This document shows, piece after piece, positions 32,057 to 40,927 of a DNA stretch of 51,643 bases. Location of the stretch: contig JAPOGE010000002.1 in the NCBI GenBank assembly GCA_028283345.1, positions 1 to 51,643 on the forward strand. The letters run 5' to 3'. The notes beneath the pieces were generated by a model that saw only the letters and a program-made list of their open reading frames with translations, did not search any database and had not been told where the DNA came from. Source of the stretch: Candidatus Poseidoniales archaeon. GTDB lineage: Archaea > Thermoplasmatota > Poseidoniia > Poseidoniales > Poseidoniaceae. A program made the translations under genes and the position numbers. The first letter of the stretch is position 1. The number at the start of each line of letters is the position of its first letter.

Positions 32057-33636
32057 TCACGAATGAGCAGTGCGGTAGCCAATACCCCGGACAGATATTG
32101 TGGCAGGTCACTCGCCACCATTCCGGGTCCTAATTGTTCTCCAGCAACCCTTCCGGCCTCCCTCAACAGGTAACAAGACAGCCTTGAGGCAGCCCATGGC
32201 GACATACCACAAGCCAACAACCCGCCGATTGAACCGGCGAGCAAATCGCCGGTTCCAGCCATCGCCATTCGAGGATTACCACCACTGGCACGGGACAACC
32301 GGCCACCAAGGCCGACTATTTCATCGCGATCTCCGGTGGTGATGATAACAGCATTCTCGGCTGATTCCGAGTATAAATCCCATTTTCTCGCCGGCCCTCT
32401 CTCCACCAACCGAGAGATGATCTCCGCCGGGTCACCTTCACCAAGCCATCCCTCTCGCTCCACACCGTGCGGTGTGGCGACACCGACCACTCCGGTTGGC
32501 CACTCTCCCGGGGGAAGAGAATAAATTGCGTCGGCGTCGATGACACAGGGAATGTCATGCTCGCCAGCGGCCGTCAATAGACTCCTGATCGCACTCAGAG
32601 TCTCCTCATCCCGCCCCAGACCCGGGCCAATCACCAGCGCTTGTACGCCCCTTCCGGTGGTCATCCTCTCGACCAGGGCTGAAACCGAATCTCCGGTCAG
32701 GATCTCCTCATCTGGTATCTCTTCAGGAATCAAATCTATCGGCCATTTCACTCGCTTGCCAGCCTCGCTCGGCATCGCCACATGAATCAGGTCAGCACCC
32801 ATGCGGGCCGCGGCCATACCGGCTAGGATGGGGGCACCATGATACGGGCCCCCGCCGACGACAAGCACTCTGCCACGGTCACCCTTTCGAGCCTCTGAGT
32901 CGAGTCGTGGGTAACGCATGACATCGCCGATTCCAACATCGGTAATCCCGCTCGGAAAGGGGAGGGGGGCAACAATCACCTGACCTAGACCATCGTGGTA
33001 ATTACCACCACTATCTCGCATTCCGAGTTTCTCTTCATGAAAGGTGAGGGTCAGGCCAGCACGTAATTGCAGGTCGCTGCCAAAACCAGTCGGCAGGTCA
33101 CAGGCGAGAACTTTCGGCGCCCCATCAGCAAAGTGGTCTGAGGTCCACATCAGTACTTCGCCGACCGCACCGCGCGGCCGGCTGGCGGCGCCGGCGCCAC
33201 ATTGCCCGACGCCGAGCAGGGCGTCGATGAGGATTGCAACGATGGTCGCACCTTCACCGGTCACGCTCGGGGGGTGGTTATCCCAATCATCACCCAGCCA
33301 GATATGTATCGGGATTTCAGACTCCCGGGCATGGTCACGGGCGGCTTGTGCCAAACCGGTCTTCTGGCTGGTATGGGAAGCGAGAATCCGAACCTTGAAT
33401 CCACCCTCGTCCAGCACCTTGGCCGCTACATATCCATCTCCGCCATTATTTCCCGGACCACATAATAACCAGATTTCAAACCCCTCGGGTGCGCCATCGA
33501 CCCCTGAAGCGGTAATATTTGCCAGATGCTTACCGGCGGCGAGCATCAACTCGAGCGGGGGCTGGCCCAGAGCGGTTGAATTGGTATCGAATACACCAAC
33601 TTCATCCCAATGAAGAAACCAACTAGCGTCGGACAC
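32053..33636 (-). CDS. nnr: Bifunctional NAD(P)H-hydrate repair enzyme (epimerase + ADP-dependent dehydratase)
   Basis: The YjeF-N part has LLCGPGNNGGDGYVAAKVL. The YjeF-C part has VLVVGGGPYHGAPILAGMAAARMGADLIHV and GTGDLLAGSIGGLLA. The start is ambiguous. GTG 33636 gives a 14-nt overlap with the upstream gene; the track start is 33717. Confidence 0.85.
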   Translation of the reverse strand: MSDASWFLHWDEVGVFDTNSTALGQPPLELMLAAGKHLANITASGVDGAPEGFEIWLLCGPGNNGGDGYVAAKVLDEGGFKVRILASHTSQKTGLAQAARDHARESEIPIHIWLGDDWDNHPPSVTGEGATIVAILIDALLGVGQCGAGAASRPRGAVGEVLMWTSDHFADGAPKVLACDLPTGFGSDLQLRAGLTLTFHEEKLGMRDSGGNYHDGLGQVIVAPLPFPSGITDVGIGDVMRYPRLDSEARKGDRGRVLVVGGGPYHGAPILAGMAAARMGADLIHVAMPSEAGKRVKWPIDLIPEEIPDEEILTGDSVSALVERMTTGRGVQALVIGPGLGRDEETLSAIRSLLTAAGEHDIPCVIDADAIYSLPPGEWPTGVVGVATPHGVEREGWLGEGDPAEIISRLVERGPARKWDLYSESAENAVIITTGDRDEIVGLGGRLSRASGGNPRMAMAGTGDLLAGSIGGLLACGMSPWAASRLSCYLLREAGRVAGEQLGPGMVASDLPQYLSGVLATALLIRD

Positions 33637-34282
33637 TGGGTAGTCCCCCGCCGCCTTCCTTCCAGCGCTCGAAGTACCCACCCTCACCCCACATCCACAT
33701 CTGGAAGAATGCGCCACCCATCATACCAACGAATAGAATAATCGAATTCACGGTGCCGAATGGCTCGAAATCTGACAGTTCCTTTGCAGCAACCGTCCAT
33801 AATGAATAACCGGCTGAAACCAGCAGGCCACCGACCGCGCTCGGCGCAGCATAGTGCAACTCGTCCTCCATATGCCGAAATAATTTCGCCCCGATGATGA
33901 AACCCAGATCGAGGACGAGCAGGTAGATCATACCTTCAATATTGTAAAATGAATTGACCAACCCGAGTACCACCGACATCAAGATCAAGCCAAATACACC
34001 GGCCAGAAAAATGTGAATGCGCGAGTAAAGAGATGCCGCAAACCCTGCGGCAATCAACCCTAGTACGATGCCGGCCACCATTGCATCATCACCGGTTAAG
34101 CCACCATATTTCACGGTGAGAAGATTGCTGGTCAAAAAGACAGGAATGAAGACCGCAATCGCGACGATGAAGCGGATGACGAATCTACCGGCCAAACAGA
34201 GAAACACACCGAACAACATCAACGGTATCCCGGCCCAGCCGCTCATTTCGGTGATATAACTGGTCATCTGCAGTAGTTCCAT
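33623..34282 (-). CDS. Hypothetical polytopic membrane protein
   Basis: I prefer ATG 34282 (MELLQMTSYITEMSGWAGIPLMLFG). It has about six TM segments. The track ORF, which extends to 34477, would run antisense into icmF. Confidence 0.5.
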   Translation of the reverse strand: MELLQMTSYITEMSGWAGIPLMLFGVFLCLAGRFVIRFIVAIAVFIPVFLTSNLLTVKYGGLTGDDAMVAGIVLGLIAAGFAASLYSRIHIFLAGVFGLILMSVVLGLVNSFYNIEGMIYLLVLDLGFIIGAKLFRHMEDELHYAAPSAVGGLLVSAGYSLWTVAAKELSDFEPFGTVNSIILFVGMMGGAFFQMWMWGEGGYFERWKEGGGGLPSVRR

Positions 34283-34394
34283 ATTACCCTCAGAGAAGAG
34301 AAGGGTCTTGCACTTTTCGCAAGAATCGCACGAAATAACCGCCCTCAGAATGATGGGCGGTGGGCTCATCAACCCGAAACCACTGGCCCTGGAC

Positions 34395-37300
34395 ATGACC
34401 GTGGGAGCCAAAGCCTCCGGCAAGGCGGTCGAGAAGACGGCAGCGGGCCGCGGCGGGGTACCACTCCGCATCGTCACCGCGGCAGCGATTTTCGATGGTC
34501 ATGATGCGGCGATTGGGATTTTTCGTCGCATCTTCCAATCTCAGGGGTGTGAAGTCATCCATCTCGGCCATGACCGCGGCGCCGACGAGGTTGCGATGGC
34601 TGCAATTCAAGAAGATGCTCACGCCATCGCAATAACCTCCTATCAGGGTGGAGCAGTCGAGATGTTCACCCATACCAAGAATATCCTCGATGAGCATGGC
34701 TTCGACCACATCTTCCTCTGCGGTGGTGGCGGAGGTACGATTCTACCGGCCGAAATCAAGCACCTTCGTGATGCCGGTATCGCCCGAATCTATTCACCTG
34801 ATGACGGCCGCGACCTAGGTCTGGTGGGGATGGTCGAAGAAGCCATGGCCACCGCGGCGAAGAATGACTTGATGGATCCGCAGAGATTCGTTTTCACTGC
34901 TCCAGTGAATGCCGGCCAACATGGCAAGGTCGCTCGATTACTGACTTTGGCAGAGAATGCCGAAGAAAGCGTGTATCGCGCCGTACTCGACCAGATTCGC
35001 AGTAGTCCGCATGAGAAAACAGCCCCGGTCATTGGTCTCACCGGAACCGGTGGAGCCGGGAAATCTAGTTTGACCGATGAATTGATGTTGCGCATCCAGC
35101 GCGACAATCCCAATTTGAAAATCGCCCTACTGGCTACCGACCCGACCCGCAAGCAAACCGGAGGGGCATTGCTCGGTGACCGAATCCGCATGAATAGCCT
35201 GACCAATGAAAACCTGTACATGCGCTCTTTCGCCAGTCGTGGCTCAGGGCGGGAAATCGCCGATTGCCTCGGCCGGGCAATCGAGGTCTGTCAAACTGTA
35301 GGATTCGACCTGATCATGGTTGAAACCAGCGGCATCGGCCAAGGTGATGATGCCATCACCGAGGTTGCTGACGTATCTTTGTATGTCACGACAAGGGAAT
35401 ATGGGGCACCGAGCCAATTGGAGAAATTGGCGGCACTGGATTATGCCGACCTCATCGTGCTCAACAAATTCGACCGCCCAGGGGCCGAAGATGCATTGCA
35501 GGAGATACGCAAACAGGTGAAGCGCAACCGAGAGTTGTGGGATGCTGATGACGCCTCCCTGCCGGTCATCCCAACCATAGCGAGCCAATTCGCTGATGCC
35601 GGTGTCGACCTGTTGTGGCAGAAATTATCGAATATAATCAACCACCGCCATGCAACCGAATTTGTCGCCGCAGAGGCAATTATGGGCAAGGATGGACTAC
35701 CTGATAGAATCCTACCGATTCCCCCCGAGCGTCAATCCTACCTGGTGGAAATCTCTGCCGCGGTGCGAGATTATCACCAATCTGCCTATTCGACCGCCAA
35801 GAAGGTTCGGCTGGTCCAGCAACTCGAAGCCGCGGCTGAGAGAATGGCCGAGGCCGGCAAGCAGGTGGCGAGCGATGACCTACAGGCAGAAGCCGGAGTG
35901 GTAAGTTCGGAGATAGAACATTCGGTATGGGATGCCATCGCCGACCACAAGGAACGAGAAGTCGCTTACCGTAGTGGCCGAACAACCTACCAGGTGCGTG
36001 GAAAGGATATCACGGTGGAAACCATGACCACGACCCTGTCGGGGACGATCCTGCCGCGCGTGGCCCTACCCAGGAGCGATGACCTCGGGCAGTTGTACGA
36101 ATGGATAGCCAAAGAGAACCTCCCGGGGTTTTTCCCATTTACCGCCGGGGTCTTCCCGTTCAAGCGCGAAGATGAGTTACCGGTGCGCATGTTCGCCGGG
36201 GAGGGTAGTGCCGAGCGTACCAACAAACGCTTCCACTTCCTCTCTCGAGGCCAACCGTTCAACCGCCTATCCACAGCTTTCGATTCCCCCAGCCTCTATG
36301 GGCGTGACCCGGTCAGGCGGCTCGACATCTTCGGCAAGGTCTGCGAGTCGGGGGTCAGTATCTCAACCATAGAGGAAATGGAGAGTCTGTTCAAGGGTTT
36401 TGACCTGTGCAGTGCCAATACCAGTGTCTCAAAGACCATCAATGGTAATTATTGGTGGCATCTGGCGGCTTTCTTCAATGTTGCAATCCGCCAACAGGTT
36501 GCCAAGTTCGTCAAGGAAAGCGGCCGCCAACCCAGCGATGCGGAAAGGGCCGAGATCAAGGCGACCACCCTGTCGACGGTGCGGGGCACGGTTCAGGCCG
36601 ACCAACTGAAGGAGAGCATGGGGCAGAACACCTTGGTATTCAACCTCGACACCGCCCTGAAGATGATGGGTGATGTCGCCGAGTACTATGTCGACAATAA
36701 TATCCGCAACCACTACTTCATCTCGATTTCAGGCTATCACATCGCCGAAGCGGGCGCGAATCCGATCACCCAAGCCGCGTTCACCCTTTCCAATGGACTG
36801 ACCTATGTCGAGTTGTTTCGCGCAAGAGGTCTTGAGCCCGACAAATTCCTGCGCAACTTCAGTTGGTTCTTCTCCAATGGGATGGACCCTGAGTACAGCG
36901 TTATTGGGCGGGTGGCACGGCGGATTTGGGCGATAGCGATGCGCGATATATACGGCGTGGGCAAGCGCGGCCAGCAACTGAAGTATCACATTCAGAGTAG
37001 CGGCCGGTCGCTGCATGCCCAAGAATTCACCTGGAATGATTATCGCACCACCCTGCAGGCATTATATGCATTACAGGATAACGCCAACTCACTGCATACC
37101 AACTCCCGTGACGAAGCATTCGGCACACCGACCGAGGAAACCGTGCGCGATAGTATGGCGATCCAACTCATCTTGGCGCGAGAATACGGCTGGCTGAAGA
37201 ATGAGAATCCTCTACAAGGCTCATTCATGGTCGAATGGTTGACCGATAATGTCGAGCAACAGATTCTACAGATATTTGATGAAATGAACAGTCGAGGAGG

Positions 37301-37700
37301 GGTGCTGGGTAGTCTAGAGGTGAATTATCAGCGCAATCGAATCCAAGATGAATCGATGCTCTATGAGCATATGAAGCACGATGGCAGCCTTCCCATAATC
37401 GGCGTCAACACCTTCATCGACCCAGAGGCAAATGTGCTCAGCGCCGACCGCGCTGATGAATTCGATATCGCGGTGACACGCTCTGACAAGGTTGAGAAAA
37501 ATTTGGTTATCGAGCGTAACACGGCCTTCAAGGAGACCAATTCCGAGGCCGCAGAGGCTGGCCTTGCACGCCTCAAGGAGGCGGCTAGAAACGGCGACAA
37601 TCTGTTCGCTGTGCTGATGGATATCGTCGAATTCTGTAGTGTGGGTCAGGTCACGGAGGCGCTGTTTGAGGTCGGTGGTAAATTCAGAAGGAATATGTAG
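34395..37700 (+). CDS. icmF: Fused isobutyryl-CoA mutase IcmF (B12-binding domain + MeaB-like GTPase + mutase TIM barrel)
   Basis: RIVTAAAIFDGHDAAIGIFRRIFQSQGCEVIHLGHDR is the B12 domain with DxHxxG-type context. GLTGTGGAGKSSLTDEL, VETSGIGQGD and VLNKFD are the G1, G3 and G4 motifs. FPFTAGVFPFKRE...RMFAGEG and a roughly 550-aa mutase domain follow. The start is uncertain among TTG 34308, ATG 34350 and ATG 34395. Confidence 0.85.
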   Translation: MTVGAKASGKAVEKTAAGRGGVPLRIVTAAAIFDGHDAAIGIFRRIFQSQGCEVIHLGHDRGADEVAMAAIQEDAHAIAITSYQGGAVEMFTHTKNILDEHGFDHIFLCGGGGGTILPAEIKHLRDAGIARIYSPDDGRDLGLVGMVEEAMATAAKNDLMDPQRFVFTAPVNAGQHGKVARLLTLAENAEESVYRAVLDQIRSSPHEKTAPVIGLTGTGGAGKSSLTDELMLRIQRDNPNLKIALLATDPTRKQTGGALLGDRIRMNSLTNENLYMRSFASRGSGREIADCLGRAIEVCQTVGFDLIMVETSGIGQGDDAITEVADVSLYVTTREYGAPSQLEKLAALDYADLIVLNKFDRPGAEDALQEIRKQVKRNRELWDADDASLPVIPTIASQFADAGVDLLWQKLSNIINHRHATEFVAAEAIMGKDGLPDRILPIPPERQSYLVEISAAVRDYHQSAYSTAKKVRLVQQLEAAAERMAEAGKQVASDDLQAEAGVVSSEIEHSVWDAIADHKEREVAYRSGRTTYQVRGKDITVETMTTTLSGTILPRVALPRSDDLGQLYEWIAKENLPGFFPFTAGVFPFKREDELPVRMFAGEGSAERTNKRFHFLSRGQPFNRLSTAFDSPSLYGRDPVRRLDIFGKVCESGVSISTIEEMESLFKGFDLCSANTSVSKTINGNYWWHLAAFFNVAIRQQVAKFVKESGRQPSDAERAEIKATTLSTVRGTVQADQLKESMGQNTLVFNLDTALKMMGDVAEYYVDNNIRNHYFISISGYHIAEAGANPITQAAFTLSNGLTYVELFRARGLEPDKFLRNFSWFFSNGMDPEYSVIGRVARRIWAIAMRDIYGVGKRGQQLKYHIQSSGRSLHAQEFTWNDYRTTLQALYALQDNANSLHTNSRDEAFGTPTEETVRDSMAIQLILAREYGWLKNENPLQGSFMVEWLTDNVEQQILQIFDEMNSRGGVLGSLEVNYQRNRIQDESMLYEHMKHDGSLPIIGVNTFIDPEANVLSADRADEFDIAVTRSDKVEKNLVIERNTAFKETNSEAAEAGLARLKEAARNGDNLFAVLMDIVEFCSVGQVTEALFEVGGKFRRNM

Positions 37701-37849
37701 GAAACACCGAAAAAACCCGTTGGCATCACTCCACCCTGCCCCATTTTTTGGGCAAATCTATTCGTATCGTTCATATCTCAGGGTTCAACTGGTTTTTCCG
37801 TACTCCCTATTCCCCCGAAGGCCGAAAGTTGAAGCGATTCTCAGTGGCC

Positions 37850-37991
37850 TTCACTATTGTCCGTCGACGAACTTGCTGAACCGGAATCTCTCATGATAAA
37901 AGTTCAGGACACCGCTTGCTAATGAGTATGGCCTCGACTTTTGCACTCGCGATTCTTCTCGGACGACATAGTGCTGTTTCACTATTGTCCG
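37850..37991 (+). repeat. Imperfect direct duplication in the icmF/MIP intergenic region
   Basis: TTCACTATTGTCCG occurs at 37850-37863 and 37978-37991, 128 bp apart. Each copy is preceded by GCGATTCT (at about 37835 and 37949). On the minus strand the second copy forms CGGAC-a-ATAGTG-aaacag-CACTAT-gtc-GTCCG. Confidence 0.5.
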
Positions 37992-38002
37992 CTCGCCCTC
38001 AC

Positions 38003-38039
38003 AAAAAAAAAACCCGACCCGGGCGCACCCGGGCCGGGG
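38003..38039 (-). terminator. GC-rich hairpin followed by T10 (minus strand), downstream of the MIP channel gene
   Basis: The minus strand reads CCCCGGCCCGGG-tgcg-CCCGGGTCGGG, then TTTTTTTTTT (A10 at 38003-12 on the plus strand). It lies 59 nt after the stop at 38098. Confidence 0.6.
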
Positions 38040-38097
38040 AAATTCCGCGCACTCAGACCTTTGGGCCAGGTACGGATTTAGACTAATCTTGTTCGGA

Positions 38098-38733
38098 TTA
38101 CTCTTCTGAATAACTCTTATCTTCGCCTTCTCCCATTATTTCATCCCACATCCAAAAGGCCATGAGTGAACCAAGAGCAGTTGCTAACCAGAACATCCAG
38201 AAGGTCGAAAAGTCGAGTGATGTGTTTAAGATACTGGCAGCGAAGTGAGGTGCTGCGTTCATCGTCACATCGGTCGCTTCAATCATCAACCAACTGAAGG
38301 CACCAACAACCATTCCTCCAAAACCATCGACGGTTCCTTCTCCGACAGTGGCATTCCAGACAATCGTGAAAAACAGCATCGCTATCATCATTCCCGCAAT
38401 GTCCAACCAGATGGCGTCCGCAGCCGTGTTGGTCGGCGTCAGTACCTGGCCCCCGTACACGTGCGCGAAGATGAGTAGCCCACCAAATGCACCCGCTAGT
38501 TGAGCACCTAGGTACTTGAGGCCATCCTCAACTTCCATCTTTTGCATAGCCATCTGGGCAATTGTGATCGCCGGGTTCAAATGAGCGCCTGAGACACCCA
38601 TAGCTAGCGTAGTCATCAGACCAAGGGCAATACCCGTAAGCATTGCAGACTCAGTCGTGCTCGCAATTAGAACCACGACCATCACGCCGAGCATCTCGGC
38701 ACCCAATGTTCGCATATCTTCTTCCATTCCCAT
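38098..38733 (-). CDS. MIP/aquaporin-family channel with degenerate second NPA box
   Basis: SGAHLNPAITIA is a canonical first NPA box, with six hydrophobic segments in 211 aa. The position of the second NPA reads TMNAAPHFAAS. Confidence 0.6.
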   Translation of the reverse strand: MGMEEDMRTLGAEMLGVMVVVLIASTTESAMLTGIALGLMTTLAMGVSGAHLNPAITIAQMAMQKMEVEDGLKYLGAQLAGAFGGLLIFAHVYGGQVLTPTNTAADAIWLDIAGMMIAMLFFTIVWNATVGEGTVDGFGGMVVGAFSWLMIEATDVTMNAAPHFAASILNTSLDFSTFWMFWLATALGSLMAFWMWDEIMGEGEDKSYSEE

Positions 38734-39160
38734 ATTTATCCATCCATATCTCCAATACGCCTCTCGACGATTAATCGGTGGTGATTAGGGCAGATTATAA
38801 CTGATTCCCTCTTGAAATCTGCTCTCGACGGTGTTTCTGGGGGAATTTTCTTAGGCCGGTTTACCTTACAACACCTGATTTCATCTGCCACACTAGGCTT
38901 TTAATGCCACTTTCAGTGGTAATAATCTCGGTTTTCAGCATGAAAAATGCATCTTTCGCGTAATTATCAGTGTCATATATCCATTATTTGTTGATGCCCC
39001 ACAGGCTGAATTACGGCTATCCCGAGTTGGAGAAATGATTCGATGATGTTGCCCTTTTCCGGATTATTGTTACAAATCCATCCACGGTGATTCATGCTTC
39101 ATAAGGGGCTGATTCCTTCTAACTCCTCGGCGGCGCCAGCGCGGGCCGCCAGGTGATAAT

Positions 39161-40927
39161 TTGACAAACCACACGAATATCAGCAAGGGCGCCATCAAAA
39201 CAGCCAATATCACAGGTGGGGGCACTGGAAACAAATCTGCAAAAAATCATCAAACCAGCAGAGATGCACGGATTCACCGTAGAGCAGTGCAAATTGCCAA
39301 GGTGATCGAATCTCAAAGGATGACTCGGCAGAAGGATGGTGAGCGGGGCGAGCACAAGAGTTGGAGTTCTTGGCGTCGAGAGCAGAGTATGCGAGAACGT
39401 ACCAAGGATGATGATGAAGTAACCACCTCCCCTTCCACCGCGGCGCAGAAAACTCAGGACGATGGTAACATGAATAACGATACAGGTGACACAGAGGAGA
39501 TTGAGACCATGATTGAAACTCCTTTCGGTGAAATGGAAATCGATGCCATCAACCAATTTATCGAGGCCATACGCGATGGCTGGCATGGCACTCCACCACC
39601 ACATGTTCCGAGCCAACAGCAACGTGAGGTCGACCTCTTCTTCGGCGATGATGCTGAGGTCCACACCGATGGACACCACATGAGTGCGCGCCGAGGCCTG
39701 CTATACTTCTATTCGATTTCACGAGTCATCGAGGCCGAGTATGAAGTTCATCGCACCACCAATTATACCAGTGGCCCAGAGGGTGAGCGTCCCTGCACTT
39801 TCACCGAAATCCAGGTCGGGCCAAAGCAGACTGCCGAGGTGCTGAGTCACGGCGTGAGGTATATTTCGCACAAGAGAACCGAGCGTAAGTTTGTCGTCGT
39901 GGTGTGTCCCAATGATTACGATGGCGACCCTGAAATGACCATCATCGGCGACCGAAATGACGGCAAAGCCAACGAATTGTGGAAGGACATGCTCAGGTGG
40001 TTTCATCGTCAAGGACCCCTGAAAGGCCAAGTCGTCGATGCCAAGTGGAATTTCATCAACCACGAGGATGTTGACCTCGACGATGTGGTACTAGACCACA
40101 AACTTCGCACTACCTTGGAGATAAATGTCTTTGAATTCCTCAGACGGATGGATGAACTTGAGAAGCGCGGCCTAGCCACTTCACGAGGGATTCTCATCTC
40201 AGGTCCACCCGGAACCGGGAAGACCCTGTTCTGTACCTCGATTATGGCCAATCGCGAAGATGCTACCGTGATTTACATCACCAGCGAGGATATCGAGCGC
40301 CCTTCCGACATCGCAAACGCATATCACCTCGCCCGCAACCTCTCCCCGTCAATCGTCATCATCGAGGATATCGATACTCTGGGGGGAATCGATCGCACCC
40401 AGGTACACGGGCATCCGCTACTCGGCGAATTGCTCAACGCCCTGAGCGGGGCTGAAAGCAATGCGGGAGTGATTACCATCGCCACCAGTAATTTCGCCCA
40501 CAGTTTGGACGCGGCTCTGCGCGACCGCCCCGGTCGCTTCGACCTGATGGTGGAATTAGGGCCTCCCGACAAGAACCTGCGAGAACACCTGCTCAATTCG
40601 GCAATTTCGCGTATGGGAATTGTCGCTGATTTCAACGTCGGAGATTTCGCCAAGCGCTGCGACGGTTACACCGGAGCCTGGTTGATTGAATTGCTTACTC
40701 AGGCATTCTTACTCAATCACCATCACCTCGGGATGAGTGCGTCAATGAAGAAGCGCCAAACCAAGAAGACCCGAGAATTGGTTGCCCAGCGATGTGAGCG
40801 TTTCACCACCGAGTTGATGGAAGAGGCGTTCAAATTAGTCGAGGCTCGGCGTGAATTTGCCCGTCAGGGGATGGATAACTTTCAGCATGATAAATTCATT
40901 CAGAACTCGCAGGCACTATACGGGTGA
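39161..40927 (+). CDS. Classical AAA ATPase (single AAA module) with an unrecognised ~300-aa N-terminal region
   Basis: GILISGPPGTGKTLF (Walker A), SIVIIEDIDTLGG (Walker B), VITIATSNFAHSLD (sensor 1) and ALRDRPGRFDLMVELGPPD (second region of homology, Arg fingers). The start is uncertain among TTG 39161 and ATG 39320, 39389 or 39470. Confidence 0.75.
   Translation: MTNHTNISKGAIKTANITGGGTGNKSAKNHQTSRDARIHRRAVQIAKVIESQRMTRQKDGERGEHKSWSSWRREQSMRERTKDDDEVTTSPSTAAQKTQDDGNMNNDTGDTEEIETMIETPFGEMEIDAINQFIEAIRDGWHGTPPPHVPSQQQREVDLFFGDDAEVHTDGHHMSARRGLLYFYSISRVIEAEYEVHRTTNYTSGPEGERPCTFTEIQVGPKQTAEVLSHGVRYISHKRTERKFVVVVCPNDYDGDPEMTIIGDRNDGKANELWKDMLRWFHRQGPLKGQVVDAKWNFINHEDVDLDDVVLDHKLRTTLEINVFEFLRRMDELEKRGLATSRGILISGPPGTGKTLFCTSIMANREDATVIYITSEDIERPSDIANAYHLARNLSPSIVIIEDIDTLGGIDRTQVHGHPLLGELLNALSGAESNAGVITIATSNFAHSLDAALRDRPGRFDLMVELGPPDKNLREHLLNSAISRMGIVADFNVGDFAKRCDGYTGAWLIELLTQAFLLNHHHLGMSASMKKRQTKKTRELVAQRCERFTTELMEEAFKLVEARREFARQGMDNFQHDKFIQNSQALYG

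Noticed and set aside
33044-33613. 189-aa plus-strand ORF.
   Set aside because: It is antisense to nnr, whose YjeF-N and YjeF-C motifs are unambiguous.
39119-39679. 186-aa minus-strand ORF with hydrophobic stretches opposite the 5' part of the AAA ATPase ORF.
   Set aside because: Its composition (many C, H and W) looks non-protein-like and it has no motif. It would end only 1 codon inside the A/T-rich spacer. This does leave the true ATPase start (39161 to 39470) unresolved.
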